A stretch of 64,000 nucleotides of DNA. It comes from Phoronis australis (lineage: Eukaryota; Animalia; Phoronida). A program made the position numbers and the translations under genes. Below, piece by piece: positions 11,959 through 24,700 of this stretch. Positions within the stretch are counted from its first letter, which is position 1, and each line of letters starts with the position of its first letter. The stretch covers positions 124,001 through 188,000 of the forward strand of contig NMRA01000267.1 in assembly GCA_002633005.1 (NCBI GenBank), given 5' to 3'. Under the pieces are notes generated by a model. The model ran no database searches, was not told where the DNA came from, and saw nothing but the letters and a program-made list of their open reading frames with translations.

Positions 11959-13326
11959 AGCGCAAGTTGAAATGAAAGCTTTTCTCACTAGACTATAGAC
12001 TTTTCACTGGATTTACCATTGGTCAGATTCTCTGCAGAGTTGCACAGTTTTGATCAAGTGTTGGAAGAGACGAAACATCTAAATAACTTCCAAATTCGAT
12101 GGGGTTTTATTTTGTCCCTACTGTTATTTAGTCCGGGGAATTACTTTTTCAAGAGACAGTGCAATGCTCTTGTCCCCTGTCCTATTTTGGGTACCGCATT
12201 TATTGGTTTAAAAACTTATGTTAGCTGGGATTGGTTGTGCCATTCACCCGCTGGTTATCTGCCTGTTCACATGATAAATAGCTCCTGGTTGACTTGAGTC
12301 TCAATGCATGACTAGTGAAGCCGCATGATGTAACTGACATCGTTGACTTGTGCCCGTCCTAGCATCGTGTCGCGCTTACAGCTGCAGTTATAGGTATGCC
12401 TGTTGCCGCTTACTCGTAGTCATGTGTTAGAGATTAGAGTTTTATTTATACAACTAACCAGTTGCCTAACTTCACCTTGTCTTTTATAGATTACGACTAC
12501 CCGTTGTTTCAACCAAGTTCCTATAGCCAAAAGTGCTTTGACACATGCTCACGGAACGACGCGTATTTCCATTTGTCTGCTTGAACGTAGGATTGCCAGT
12601 TTTAGTTGTTGTTTAACTGATGAAATCCCGACAGCTGTCGTCACTTTAAGACATACAGCCACAGAGACTTTTTAAAACACTAATATAAGCAACCATTTCC
12701 TTTTTTTATCTCGAGATGTTTTTCAATATCAAGAAGATTGTAGTAATTTGGTTGTGCGAGTCAATACTCTGGACATCATTTTCGGACATTGCATCTTTAA
12801 AATTCTACCGGCATTGGTTTTACAATTGTCATTTATTGTTTTGATATGAAACTACTGCTGTTCGTAATGTATCCAGTGATAAAACTTCTGTAGAAAATGG
12901 TACCAGTTCAAGTTTTTGGTGAATGTAGAGAGATGTTGAGTGGATAGTTGCATTGTTGATATCATCAGTGTCATCCTCATTGTAAGAAACATTGTTTTTG
13001 TTGTTTTATTACTCTTTTAGGTTATTACATTAGTCACTGTCCTGTTTCAGCATTTCTAGTGTAGTTTACAGTGAAGATAATCTTGTTTGATTAATGGCAT
13101 GTCGTAAATATGAGCAATAATCAGCGAGTTTAGACTGTGACGACAGAGAGAAACCACGGATTAATAGATTAGCAGAATATTTCTCATGTGCAATGTTTTT
13201 CAGTTTGAGAATAGAATTATTACTCGAGCAGGTGTTTCATTCACTTCTCAACTTTTGTGCAAAATAAGTAAGCAGAATATGCATGCCGAACGATTCTTTT
13301 TTGACTTTCAGATTTGCTTTGATTAA

Positions 13327-13782
13327 GGTATGTAGGACCGTAAAAAATGTCAAAAAAATTTGGAATATTGATTGGATTCATTTGAAACTTTCTGATATTA
13401 TGCTTCGTGCACTGTTCCAAGCACTATTAGAAATTGTTTCCAAAATGGCCGACTTTTGCATGAGGGTTCAACAAAATTAAGACTTAAGATTTTTATGGAA
13501 AAACAGGTTGCGTGAAACGAAATGATGATTTAAAAACCAATAACTGCATTTGTGAGATTTCCTTCATGTGAAATGCAATTTTATCATGTTACTGATAGCG
13601 TATTGTCATGACTGGACCTTTCTTTTTCGATAAATTTTAGGAAAAAGACTCTAGTCATGTGATATCATTAATGTCATGTACACATTCAGTAAAAAATGAA
13701 ATTGTACAGATTTTTCTGCTTTCAGAAAAAATTGTAGATTGTTGACTAAATGCAGAGCCTAGTTGATGAGGTCCTACATAAC
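13327..13782. mobile_element. Non-autonomous TIR element (Kolobok-like, TTAA|GG start) in the putative CLK 3' UTR
   Basis: TTAA|GGTATGTAGGACC ... GGTCCTACATAAC inverted ends. The interior resembles about 34450-34930 and about 50900-51260. Confidence 0.55.
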
Positions 13783-13893
13783 TTTGAAGTACGTGTAATG
13801 CATAGTGTGTAGATATAGAAGGTTTGCTGTGTGGTCATTGTGTTTTAGTGTCTCCCTGTATGATGAAAGCAATTTGTGCCTCTTCCAATTACA

Positions 13894-13899
13894 AATAAA
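13894..13899 (+). terminator. Candidate CLK polyadenylation signal (3' UTR about 1.9 kb)
   Basis: AATAAA followed by GT/T-rich sequence (TGTGTTTATT); the G/T strand skew fades shortly afterwards. Confidence 0.55.
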
Positions 13900-15799
13900 C
13901 AGTAACTGTATGGCGTTGCCTGTGTTTATTTAAAGACAGGTGTTACCATTGAACGTCTGAAATAGCATGTTTTGTGGTGAGAATGAACATGCTGTAACTT
14001 GCTTTGCTAGTAAATATACTCTTTTTATTAGCCATTATGACAGGTGTTTTGTCTTTCATATGTTACTTAGTCTAAATCGCATGCTCTCACTTGCAACTAG
14101 ACTTTAAAAAATGCTTACAAAAACTACACTTTTATTAGGAGCATAGACAATAAAATTACTCAAGGCTCCTCTCAGAAATTGACTAATCAGGTATGCCTCT
14201 ATGATAAAACTCGTTTCAGTCAAGGATGTATAGGTGGAATTTCCGCTTAACTGGGACAAAGGTCGCTGTACCGTTAGTTGTTTGGGTTGGTATAAATTGG
14301 ATTTCATGTTACTACACTAAACTCTTGATCCAGTCTGATGACTAAACTGATGCAAGTTTTATGAAGGTTAACTTTCGATTGATGCGCCTCATTTTTTATC
14401 ATTTAGCTTTTTATCTTTTTTGGGGGGGGCAGGTTTTACCAGTTTACATTGGGTGCACCTCGAAATACGATGCATGATGCTGTTCCAACAAAAATAATGC
14501 CCCTATGATCATCATGCCACTAATAACGTGACACAGCTGCAAACCAAAGTTAGACCTGCTCTGCGCATGAGTTTTGTTGCTTGCGTTTCCTTCTCTGGTA
14601 TACAACCACTAATTACTCCCTGCATGCGTAGAACGATGGGAAACTTGAATGTTAGGAAAGTGTAGTGGCCCTGACTTACTTCAAGGTATATTGAGCGCTG
14701 TTTAGGACTTATGCCTTGGAATATCCCTTTTCCCACAATATGAGTGTCGAAAGTTTTGGTTTAATTTTGCGCGGTTAACAAAAACCGTGTTTCAAAATGG
14801 ACAAGTCGACACGTCTTGTTTTGTGATCGTAATCATGGAGCTCTTGGGTGTTGTTTTGATGATTATAACACTCGATTTTTATATTCTTTTGAAGTTGAGT
14901 TTTGCCCTGTTCTGTGGGCGAGAAAACGAAAATTGAATTGGATCACTCTCGTAAAATCGTTATTCCTTAACGTGATGGGGGTATTCCATTTTCGTTACCA
15001 ACACGACGTCACAGGAAGTGCGTACATGCTCCATTTTTGAATTTTCAATGTTTGTGTTCGATATTACACCCTGTTAATAAGAATTCGATTTTCATTTTTA
15101 TTCTGCTGAAACGGGGCAAAATGCAATTTTCACTTTGCCAATTTGACCTGCCGGGTAACGCCCAATAGAACTTCCAACAGTCCAAAGCAATCCTGTTTGA
15201 ACAAAGATTACACTGTGTAGTGCACGGGCTCATTTTGTGAACAATGACAAGTTTCGGTTTTGCTGACACGTTCAGGCTGGATTGACCTTCCATGTTCACA
15301 AAACTCACTAGCGTTCTCAGTGGCAGATCTACGTTTTCAGTAAGGGAGGGGGAGCTTTAGGATTCGCGCGAATCCGAGGCTCGTGGCGCCGAGCTGGTGG
15401 AGGTCGAGGGGTAACCCCCTCCCTTGTAAGATTTTTGTTGGTTTTTGTAGCCGATTTCGTTTTCTTGGTGACTTTTTTTTAATTTTTATTTTTGATCCTG
15501 TCCCAGGGAGGAGGGGTTTAAACCACCTGAACATTGTAAGAAAGTGGTGTTACCTGATTTCCGAGGGGCTAAAGAACTGTGGTTTACTGGAAAAGAATGA
15601 AGGTAGCCTACATGAAAAAAATAAATAAACACGTGGGAAAAATGTTTATTTTCTACGACTCGAATTGCTGCTTATCTGAACGCTCGTTTGGTTAGTGAAG
15701 GAGACTCAATCGTAACAATCATTCACAACTTAAAGTAAATAACTCTATCCCACGTTTTTGTTCAAAGACGTGCTACACGACTCTGGATAAAGCAGGCCN

Positions 15800-16784
15800 T
15801 TTTGTGGTCGTAATCATGGAGCTCTTGGGTGTTGTTTTGATGATTATAACACTCGATTTTTATATTCTTTTGAAGTTGAGTTTTGCCCTGTTCTGTGGGC
15901 GAGAAAAACCAAAACGAAAATTGAATTGGATTACTCTCGTAAAATCGTTATTCCTTACCGTGATGGGGGGATTCCATTTTCGCTACCAACACGAAGTCAC
16001 AGGAAGTGCGTACATACTCCATTTTTGAATTTCCAATGTTTGTGTTCCATATTACACCCTGTTAATAAGAGTTCGATTTTCATTTTTAGTCTGCTGAAAC
16101 GGGGAAAAATGCAATTTTCACTTGGCCAATTTGACCCGCCGGGTAGCGCCCAATAGAACTTCCAACAGTCCAAAGCAATCCCGTTTGAACGAAGATTACA
16201 CTGTGTAGTGTACGGGCCCATTTTGTGAACAATGACAGGTTTCGGTTTTGCTGACACGTTCAGGCTGGATTGACCTTCCATGTTCACAAAACTCACTAGC
16301 GTTCTCAGTGGCAGATCTACGTTTTCAGTAAGGGAGGGGGGCTTTAGGATTCGCGCGAATCCGAGGCTCGTGGCGCCGAGCTGGTGGAGGTCGAGGGGTA
16401 ACCCCCTCCCATGTAAGATTTTTGTTGGTTTTTGTAGCCGATTTCGTTTTCTTGGTGACGTTTTTTTTTAATTTTTATTTTTGATCCTGTCCCAGGGAGG
16501 AGGGTTTAAACCACCTGAACATTGTAAGAAAGTGGTGTTACCTTATTTCCGAGGGGCTAAAGAACTGTGGTTTACTGAAAAAGAATCAAGGTAGCCTACA
16601 TGAAAAAAATATACACGTGGGAAAAATGTTTATTTTCTACGACTCGATTTGCTGCTTATCTGAACGCTCGTTTGGTTAGTGAAGGAGACTCAATCGTAAC
16701 AATTATTCACAACTTATAAAGTAAATTACTCTATCCCACGTTTTTGTTCAACGACGTGCTACACGACTTTGGATAAAGCAGGTC
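15800..16784 (+). repeat. Second copy of 14819-15798; probable haplotype/assembly duplication
   Basis: About 1-kb direct repeat with scattered SNPs and indels, joined by the single N at 15799. Confidence 0.9.
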
Positions 16785-17169
16785 CGACTCGGAGGTGCAC
16801 TAACTAGTCTCAATTCTTCACAAATATTTTGTTATCCACGTTTAACAATCAAAAAGGTACTCCGCTAAGTTGTCAAAACTACGTCATTTTTGTGAACCCA
16901 GCGAATTTTGCGGTGCGTTCTTTTATTAGTTATGCTATGCTGAGCAGCACGGTGCCGATAGTTTATGCTACGTAATGCAAATGAGCCACTGCTCAGAATA
17001 TTTCCATTTCGAACGTTTTTACTACGACCAGCATTTGATATGACGAACTGAGAAGTAAAGTCCCTTGTCAACAAAAGACTCTTTCATTTTCCGTTTTACT
17101 CATGAGCTGCACACCATAGGGACCGAGGGGGCTATAGCCCCTCTTTTTTCAGTGCTGTGCCGCCCTGTT

Positions 17170-17975
17170 ACTGTAATATGAACGCAGGAAGCTGTCTTAT
17201 TTTATGCTTAATTATTACGCGAGTGTCTAGTCCAAGTTCGCACTTGAAAAACCCTAGATTCGTGTTACAAACAAGAACTCGAGATTTCAAGTTCAGACTC
17301 GAACTTATTATTGTATTACTAGTGGGGTCATTACGTTCAAGGTAGGATTAGACAGTGCATCTGCGTAAACCAAAAGTGTACTCGGGCACAGAATGATAGA
17401 CAGATGTGGCGTATTTAGAGGGGGCCATGGCTCCCCCTAAAATTTCTCTTACTTCATTTGGCAGTTCGGTCGTGCGAATGTCTGACGGGCAAAATCCTGG
17501 ACAATACTCTGCCACGGCACCCTAACTCAAAATTCTAGATCCGCCCCTGGACAGTAGTTACCTTAAGTCTGCATAAAGTACAATGGAAAATGTAAAAAAT
17601 AATCTAGATTTCTAGTACTAAGATTAGACCGAGGACCCGCCATCTTTTTACTTGAAATCGAACTCGAATTTTATTTTTGACATATTATGTTTTACTTAAG
17701 AATGAACTCAAGGCATATTGTCTATTGTTATGTGCTCGATTGTAATATGGTTCGCTTGGATGAATGTGCAATCCCTCTGTGCACTTGATGACCCCAGCAT
17801 CACAACTATAAGTTTGAATTTGAACTCAAAACCGTGAGTGTTTATTTGAAATCTCGAGTTTTTTGCTCAAGTGGTCACCAAGTGCGAACTTGGGTTAGAC
17901 ATTCGTCTCCGTAAACCATGATATTGTCGAGTGAATAATGATAGAAACTTATCTCGAGTTCGTATTAAAGTAGAA
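17170..17975. mobile_element. Degenerate fold-back (MITE-like) element with a small nested MITE at about 17405-17549
   Basis: Inverted arms GTGTCTAGTCCAAGTTCGCACTTG / CAAGTGCGAACTTGGGTTAGACAT, AACTCGAGATTTCAA / TTGAAATCTCGAGTT and TGGGGTCAT / ATGACCCCA. Inner element GTGGCGTATTTAGA...TCTAGATCCGCCCCTG. Confidence 0.7.
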
Positions 17976-18593
17976 TGGAAAATATCAAAAATAATTTGGA
18001 TTTCGAGACCGGAGATCAGACCTGGCCACAGAAATGCAAAGGTTAAACATAGAAAATTTACTTAGTTCTGTTTATTGACAAAAATTATGTAATGTTGAAC
18101 AAGCGTCGTTTGACGATATGTTTTGTGTTAACTGGTTTGCTTTGAAATTCTTTGAGTAGGGAGACTTAAACGAGCATGGAATGGAATAATTTCACGCAAG
18201 CCTCAGCACAGGCCTAGTCAGAATTCATTACGATTAACGGTTTAAGTTGCTGGATCCTAGTTTAGCTAAAATTCAAATTAAACGGAAATGTGTATGTTAT
18301 ACATCGAAACAAACGGTGTTCTTTGGGCTGGGTACAAAAAGAGTGCCTCATTTCCTTGCATGTTGTATAATTAATGACCAATTGTGGATGAGTTTCTTTT
18401 CCGAGGACCCCGATTAAATTTTCCACGATTATTGTAAAAGAATGCAAGAACACGCGGCTTTGGTGATTTTTTGTACCCTGATCAAATATTATTCGTCACA
18501 CTGAAAATTCGATCAGTCATGTTCGCCAAATTCAAGCCCGTCAACTACTTCTTTCACTTTCTGAACATTTACGTATTAATTAATAATCCACAG

Positions 18594-18760
18594 ATCAAAG
18601 AAGAATAAAGCGAATCTCGGAGCAGCTAATCCAAGCCTTCCCACAATTCTCCATGTCCACTATAATGAAGGTCGTGGAAGAGGAACAAACCGCTAACGGT
18701 GCCGCTGATAAACTGCTCACAATGGACGAGGGTGCAGCTGTGTGCAATGGTGGAACATAA
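18594..18760 (+). CDS. Putative terminal exon encoding a CUE-like ubiquitin-binding domain; upstream exons unidentified
   Basis: CAG acceptor, phase 1: QRRIKRISEQLIQAFPQFSMSTIMKVVEEEQTANGAADKLLTMDEGAAVCNGGT*. FP ... LL spacing is typical of CUE domains; ATTAAA at 18841. Confidence 0.55.
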
Positions 18761-21700
18761 AACTATTGGTGCGATATACGAAGTCCATAGTTTTAGAGTG
18801 GTGTTGTCCCTGTAAATGTCGATGATTGGACAAATAGATGATTAAATAATGCAAATTGATATTTTGAAGAAATGAGTTGTCTGGGACGGGCGCCCTTGTT
18901 TAAACCGTAATAGTTGAGATTGGTTGGTTAAGTAAGCAAATCAACGTCAGATGCAACAAGCCTCTCCGTGTGCTTGTTGCCAATTGAAGTATAGAATCAA
19001 GTTTTCACGCGATGCTCTGATCCGGTGATGGTTATGAGCCACAAACTGGAAATTTGTTTTAAAGAATATTGCCAGTGTTCTTTGCATCCCGCGGCGAACT
19101 GCAGCTATAGTGAAAAGACAGAGTGAAATACTAAATGACACGCTGTTCTTATTTCAGTAAGAAGGTGTTAATATTCAGTTTATTTGATCAGAAATCCTCA
19201 GTGAAAGAAAACCACACAGCAGCTCAATGGAATGACAGGCGAAGTTTATTTTAATCCTCAACTTGTTTTTTACAGATTGAACCGAGAGCTACGCCAAAGG
19301 GGTTGATCCCAAGATCGGGAACGAGCACAATCTGTCTCGGCGCCACGCCCACTACCATACATGATGGCTGCTGATAGGCGTGGCTGGGCACGTCTTTTGC
19401 ATAATACCCTAACTTCAACCGTCCATTCGCTTAAGTTGCCTACAAAACATTGATGGACAGTGAAGATGAGTTTATCACCGATATAAAAAAGAAATCACTA
19501 CATTATGCACTACCATGTACACACTCTGATGCCTCGAATTTTGAAGCCGGAAAAAGGTTTCTCTAGACTCTACTTTTTTGTCTTTTCACATGACCTAAAA
19601 AGGAGCGTTGATATTAATATTCTTCCGGAAACGGACATACTTTTTTCACATACTTGTGAGACTTGGCGCTGTCAATATGTTAATGTGACACCGAGATCGG
19701 GTTGGAAAAAGTCGACGTTCAGATTTTCATTGACGATCTTTGTCAGGCAACTGCAGTGTTAAAAACTACAGTCTGTGATTAACATAAGTTATATCAATAC
19801 CGTTGCAACTCGCCTTCTGCTAGAAAGGTTTTAATTACAGGTTAGCGGCAAGGTCAAACCTCCTGAGTTTTAGTGTTTTGTAGTTAGTGTGTTTATAAAC
19901 CAAGAACGGCTGTATTTATACATAGCCACAGTTCAGCATAGCCGATTATAAATTCTGTGAATTTTGTCATTGTATCATATTGTATTTTATTCCCGAGACT
20001 GCGCAATACTCTCAAGAAAACGTAAAATGAGTATCCTATTTATTGAAATTTCATATTTCATGTTTATATTTTTAACAGCGACAAGTGTTTTCTCTGTCTG
20101 ATTCTTCTTCGAAATATACACACTGTGCAATTCTACATCACATTTACGTTCGGTTTTGCATTTTCTGTTTGCACACAACAGCGCCGCCATACACGTGACT
20201 TCATGATGCAATATTAATTTGTGTCTCACAGTTTTAAGCTGTAATCAAATTGGAAATTATACATGCGTAATATTCGAGTTCTGCTGCATTAATTTACATT
20301 TAGGAAACCAATTTGACCTCTCTGACTACTGAACCGTGTCAGAACTGGTATAAAAATTCTTAATTTGAAAGAATGGGGTTTTACCTTACGTGAGCTTTGT
20401 TCCCACAATATAGACAATGTAGTTACACTTTTACGAATTCTATACACGTGACTATAGACAATTTTTAATTTGCGAACTGTTTCCGCATGAACTGTGAACA
20501 AAACAACGGTCGAGTAGTGCTAGATTTGGACTGCGTTTTGAGGGACCAAAATTGCAAAACACGGTTTGGGCTACCTTAATAATAACATTTTCCATTTTGT
20601 TGTGTATGATGAGAACATTTTTAGAACTCCCGGTAAAAATTCACAATATAAAAACGACTAGATTTTCGATTTTTTGTAAGAAAAATTATTCACTTGCGTA
20701 GATTTTACACACGTTAGAGTACCCGGCAAAAGGTATGACGTTTGATACATGCCACAATTTTATCGGCATTTCAGTCATTTCCTTATTTTTGAACTCTCAG
20801 TTCAAATTTTTAACCAGTCGCTCACAGGGCACTGTGTTTAAAGTTGGCATTTTGATGTGCTTGATAGATATATGAGCAGTTGTAAACCAAAACAGATAAC
20901 GACTGAACATATTTCTTCCGGAATTTGTTAGTGCCAGTTCAAACTAGAAATTTTGAAACTCATCCTGCGTCGTCGCTACCAACTCATTGTTGCCCGTAAA
21001 CGTTCACAAATACTTCACGTCACGCATACTTCACGTGAAAAAACACCTGGCATTATGCAACATTTTCGTGTTCCATACGCGTAATTTTTCAAGTGTTGAA
21101 AAGGGCATGTGTTTGTATGAAGTATAAACAGACAAAAGACATAAGCAAAGCATATAATTGTTTGGTGGTAAAATTTTTTCACTTGAAAAGTGTTAATTTG
21201 GAAACCAACACAACCCAACACAGGCAAGTGATTCGCCAGCCTTGTAAAACAGTGTGCTGTATTCATTCTATGGGTGACAAGAAAATACTCTCCTATTGAC
21301 TGAATTCTTTCGAAGAGACTGCCAGTTTGTTATACCAGTTGCTGCTTTTATTACAGATAACGCCATGTACAAATGTCATCCTATGTCTGTTGTGGTGTAA
21401 TGTTCGTGGAGATAAACATTCTGAGTTTTATGCCAGCGTTCATGGAACATTTCCGAATTAACAACAACACTGCACTTCTGCTACATCAGAATCCTCGCCA
21501 TTAACAAAAACGTTCGGATAACTGTATATAGGCTGTTATACAATAGTTCAAATTCGCAAAAAACTTCCTTTGACTCTCAAGTAATCCTTTTTGAAGTAGG
21601 GGAATAAATTGCACCTAAGATTCTCAAGGCAACGCAAGTCAGCTTTGGGTGGAATCGTGTACTGAGCTTGAAGACTAAGTAATCTAAAGCCATTAGTTGT

Positions 21701-24700
21701 GAGCTTTTTCACTGTTGAGTCCAAGTTGTCAACAAGTTTTTGTGTCTTGGCCAAACCTGGAAGGATACGTACATTTGGACTCATGCACACGTCCAGTAAT
21801 ATTCGTTAACATCTAGGCCTTAGAACGGTTTCTAATCTCTTAGGTCTATGCAGATTATTGCCAGTTTGCATAATTATCCAGCCACCACCTACAGTTGTCA
21901 TCTAAATGGTCTCCCTGTAAGTGTGGGGGGAAGCGTCAAGATGGACAGCCGGAAGGTCTTCGCCCTTCAAGATGGATGGTCGGTGCACAAATGGCTGCGT
22001 GTTTGCGTAATGAAAACTTAACGTTTTCGGGCAAGAAATTGTCAGCAATGGCGTTTAACAACCATCGTAATCTATATTTTGAAAAGGGTTATCAAAAGTT
22101 CAAGTAAATTGGATAGTCCTTGTCTCTTCAGACAAACATTTTGTCCATAAAATATTCGTCAGTTACCAAAATCCCTTCATCTAACAAATTCAAATTCACT
22201 GCCACTAGCTAAGTCGGCGATGAAAGTACTCAAATTATTCCGTTTCTGTAAAATGAAAAGCTGCTTAAATTATAAATAACAATTAATAAATGAGCAAAAT
22301 GGCAAAATATAAACAAGTTTACTATTCTAAAATGGATAGGTTTGAGGTTGAAAAACGACTGTAGTACATGTTTACTGAAAGTATTTTTTAAAAAACCTCT
22401 CAATTTTCCGCCGAATACAGCCATTTCAAATATGCTGAAAACTGGTTCCACAAAAATCGTTTACAATTTGAAACCCCTAATCGCACTCCTCGTCACATTT
22501 ATATGCCATTTCAACCAACTTTTCAAAATTCTTACAATTTGATTTATTTTCAGTTATAACGCGAAATATATTTGCTAACGTATGGTGCGAGAATTACTCT
22601 CTTATCTTAACCCTTCTCCAAAATTACGAAGATTTTTTTTGGTTTCTAGTGTGGAATTCGCCAAAAACGGAAAAGTTAGCGAAACATTTTGTGCCATGAT
22701 ACGTTTCCTGATACGTTGCGTCGAGAGCTATCTCTTGGTACCCGACAACAGTTGACATCCTGAAGGGTGAACCAAACCTACATAGATTATACCGGTATTC
22801 TGGCGGCGAAGAATTAGTTCAAGGCTCAATCAAATCAGCAATTCACCAAAGTAAAAAGGTAACGTGAACTTAATATGTGTGCAAACAAATAATTTGATTT
22901 CATTTTACATTATTTACAAGTGCCACCATTTACTTCCTAAGCTAACACTAATGAATTTTCTTACTTAGATACGGTCAGGTTCATCACCAGATACAACCAG
23001 CCGGTATAATCAGACGAAACAACAGGACTTACCTATCTTGTAATATCGGACATCAAAAGAAATGCCAAGCGACCGCTTTTGCATTCCATAAGCTCTTATG
23101 TTTCCCGTATTCGTAAATATTAATCCCTTTCGTGAACTATTTCTGAGCGGACACGCGAAGTACCGTCGACTTCCACGAATCGAGCAGTGGACGACACGGT
23201 CTCACCACCTGGTGACTGCAAGAACCATAAGTGCTAAGAACGCATAAAATAAGAATTATCGTAGATCTATTAGCAAAATTTTCCGTGGCAATATAACCTA
23301 CTCTCACTAATTTGATATACACGAGGTGCGACTAGAGAAAGAGCCTTGCATGGTTTAGTACAGTATTCGCGAAAAAATCCAAGGACAACCTGTTTCCTGT
23401 AGAATGTTGATCACACCGTAATGAAAACTAAGGTTACACTTCGCCCTGTTTATTATATCAAAAACGCTCTTTCTGTTTTCTCAATAAAAGGTTTAGTTTT
23501 CGTTTTTTTCATAAAAATCTTTTCATTTTGCTCCTAAAAGCCATGTTGCATACAAAAATGAAAAATTTCGAAAACTATTCTCAAAAGCGTTTTGCAGATG
23601 TGCAAAAGGTATTATAGTGTCTGAAAATTTTACTTGACTCCCGATTAGCTATTTCCTAAATTAGCCAATTTTGGATACTTCTCTAGAGTTGCACATAACC
23701 GTTTGAGTGGTACGTTGATTCAACTTTCCACAAAACGTCTAATAATGAAGTTCCACGGTTTTAAAACTTGGCATATCGATTGCTTAGGGGTTCGTTCACA
23801 ATCATCGCCAATTTCAAAGAATCCCAAAATGCAGTACGTTTTTTCGGGGTCTCCCCCTGATGGCGTTTATACTGTTGAAATGTTTGCAGGTTAGAATTCA
23901 CGTTTCATGCAAACTGGTTCAAAGATAAACGTTGGTCTTTATTTGTACAGTGCCAAAATAAAACAGGCATCGTCAAACAATTCATGGTGTATTGTGTTTC
24001 TTAGTAAATCACACTATCTTAACAAACTTCTGTTAAGTGGTTGAACATCCTCGACAAGAAGTAAGATAAAGCACATCTTTGGTTCTGCACTGAAATAATC
24101 TGGTCTTCGTTTTCGACGCTTTGTCCCTTTTGTTGAGTGCCGCTCGTATGAACACGCCAGAGATGAGATTGTGGCAGTTCCGCACGAATTTTGTCCCCGG
24201 ACTATCTTTATGGTGCGACGTTTGTTTATCCGATGTCGATCAAAGTGTAGGTAGCTGTAAAGATTTGGAAGCGCGAATTGATGGCACTGATGTACGAAAT
24301 GATACTAACAATTACAAGTTGTGTTTTTGTGTATGATCCCGGGTTCCTGAACCAAAAGACAGGCAAGGCGGGTTCAAAGCAGCCGGTCGGGAATCAGGCG
24401 CCATTTTTTCGCTGGTTCAACAAGAAAAGCGGGAAACATCCAGTCCACAGTCTCTGTAAAACGTTGCAGTCGGGTCTTGGCGATATTCAACTGATACTTC
24501 GTCGTATTTTATACATGTATTACGACAAATTTTGTTTTACGCTAGCGGCAATCATTTCCCCGGCATCCCTACAGCGTACACTCCGTGAAAATGGCAACAC
24601 GCTTGTGAACGGTTCCTAGATATTTCTTCAAAAATCGACCAGTCGGAAAATTACAAACCAAATAGGAGCATATTTCACATTAATATAGATAAATAATGGA

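Noticed and set aside
14816-16471. Paired short ORFs suggesting a duplicated small gene
   Set aside because: Frameshifts differ between the copies; explained by the N15799 duplication of non-coding or repeat sequence.
18940-19400. Possible two-exon gene (donor near 19158, acceptor near 19275)
   Set aside because: No consistent reading frame or recognisable product.
19500-23900. AT-rich tracts resembling decayed DNA transposons
   Set aside because: Matching TIRs or TSDs could not be defined by eye, so no element is called.
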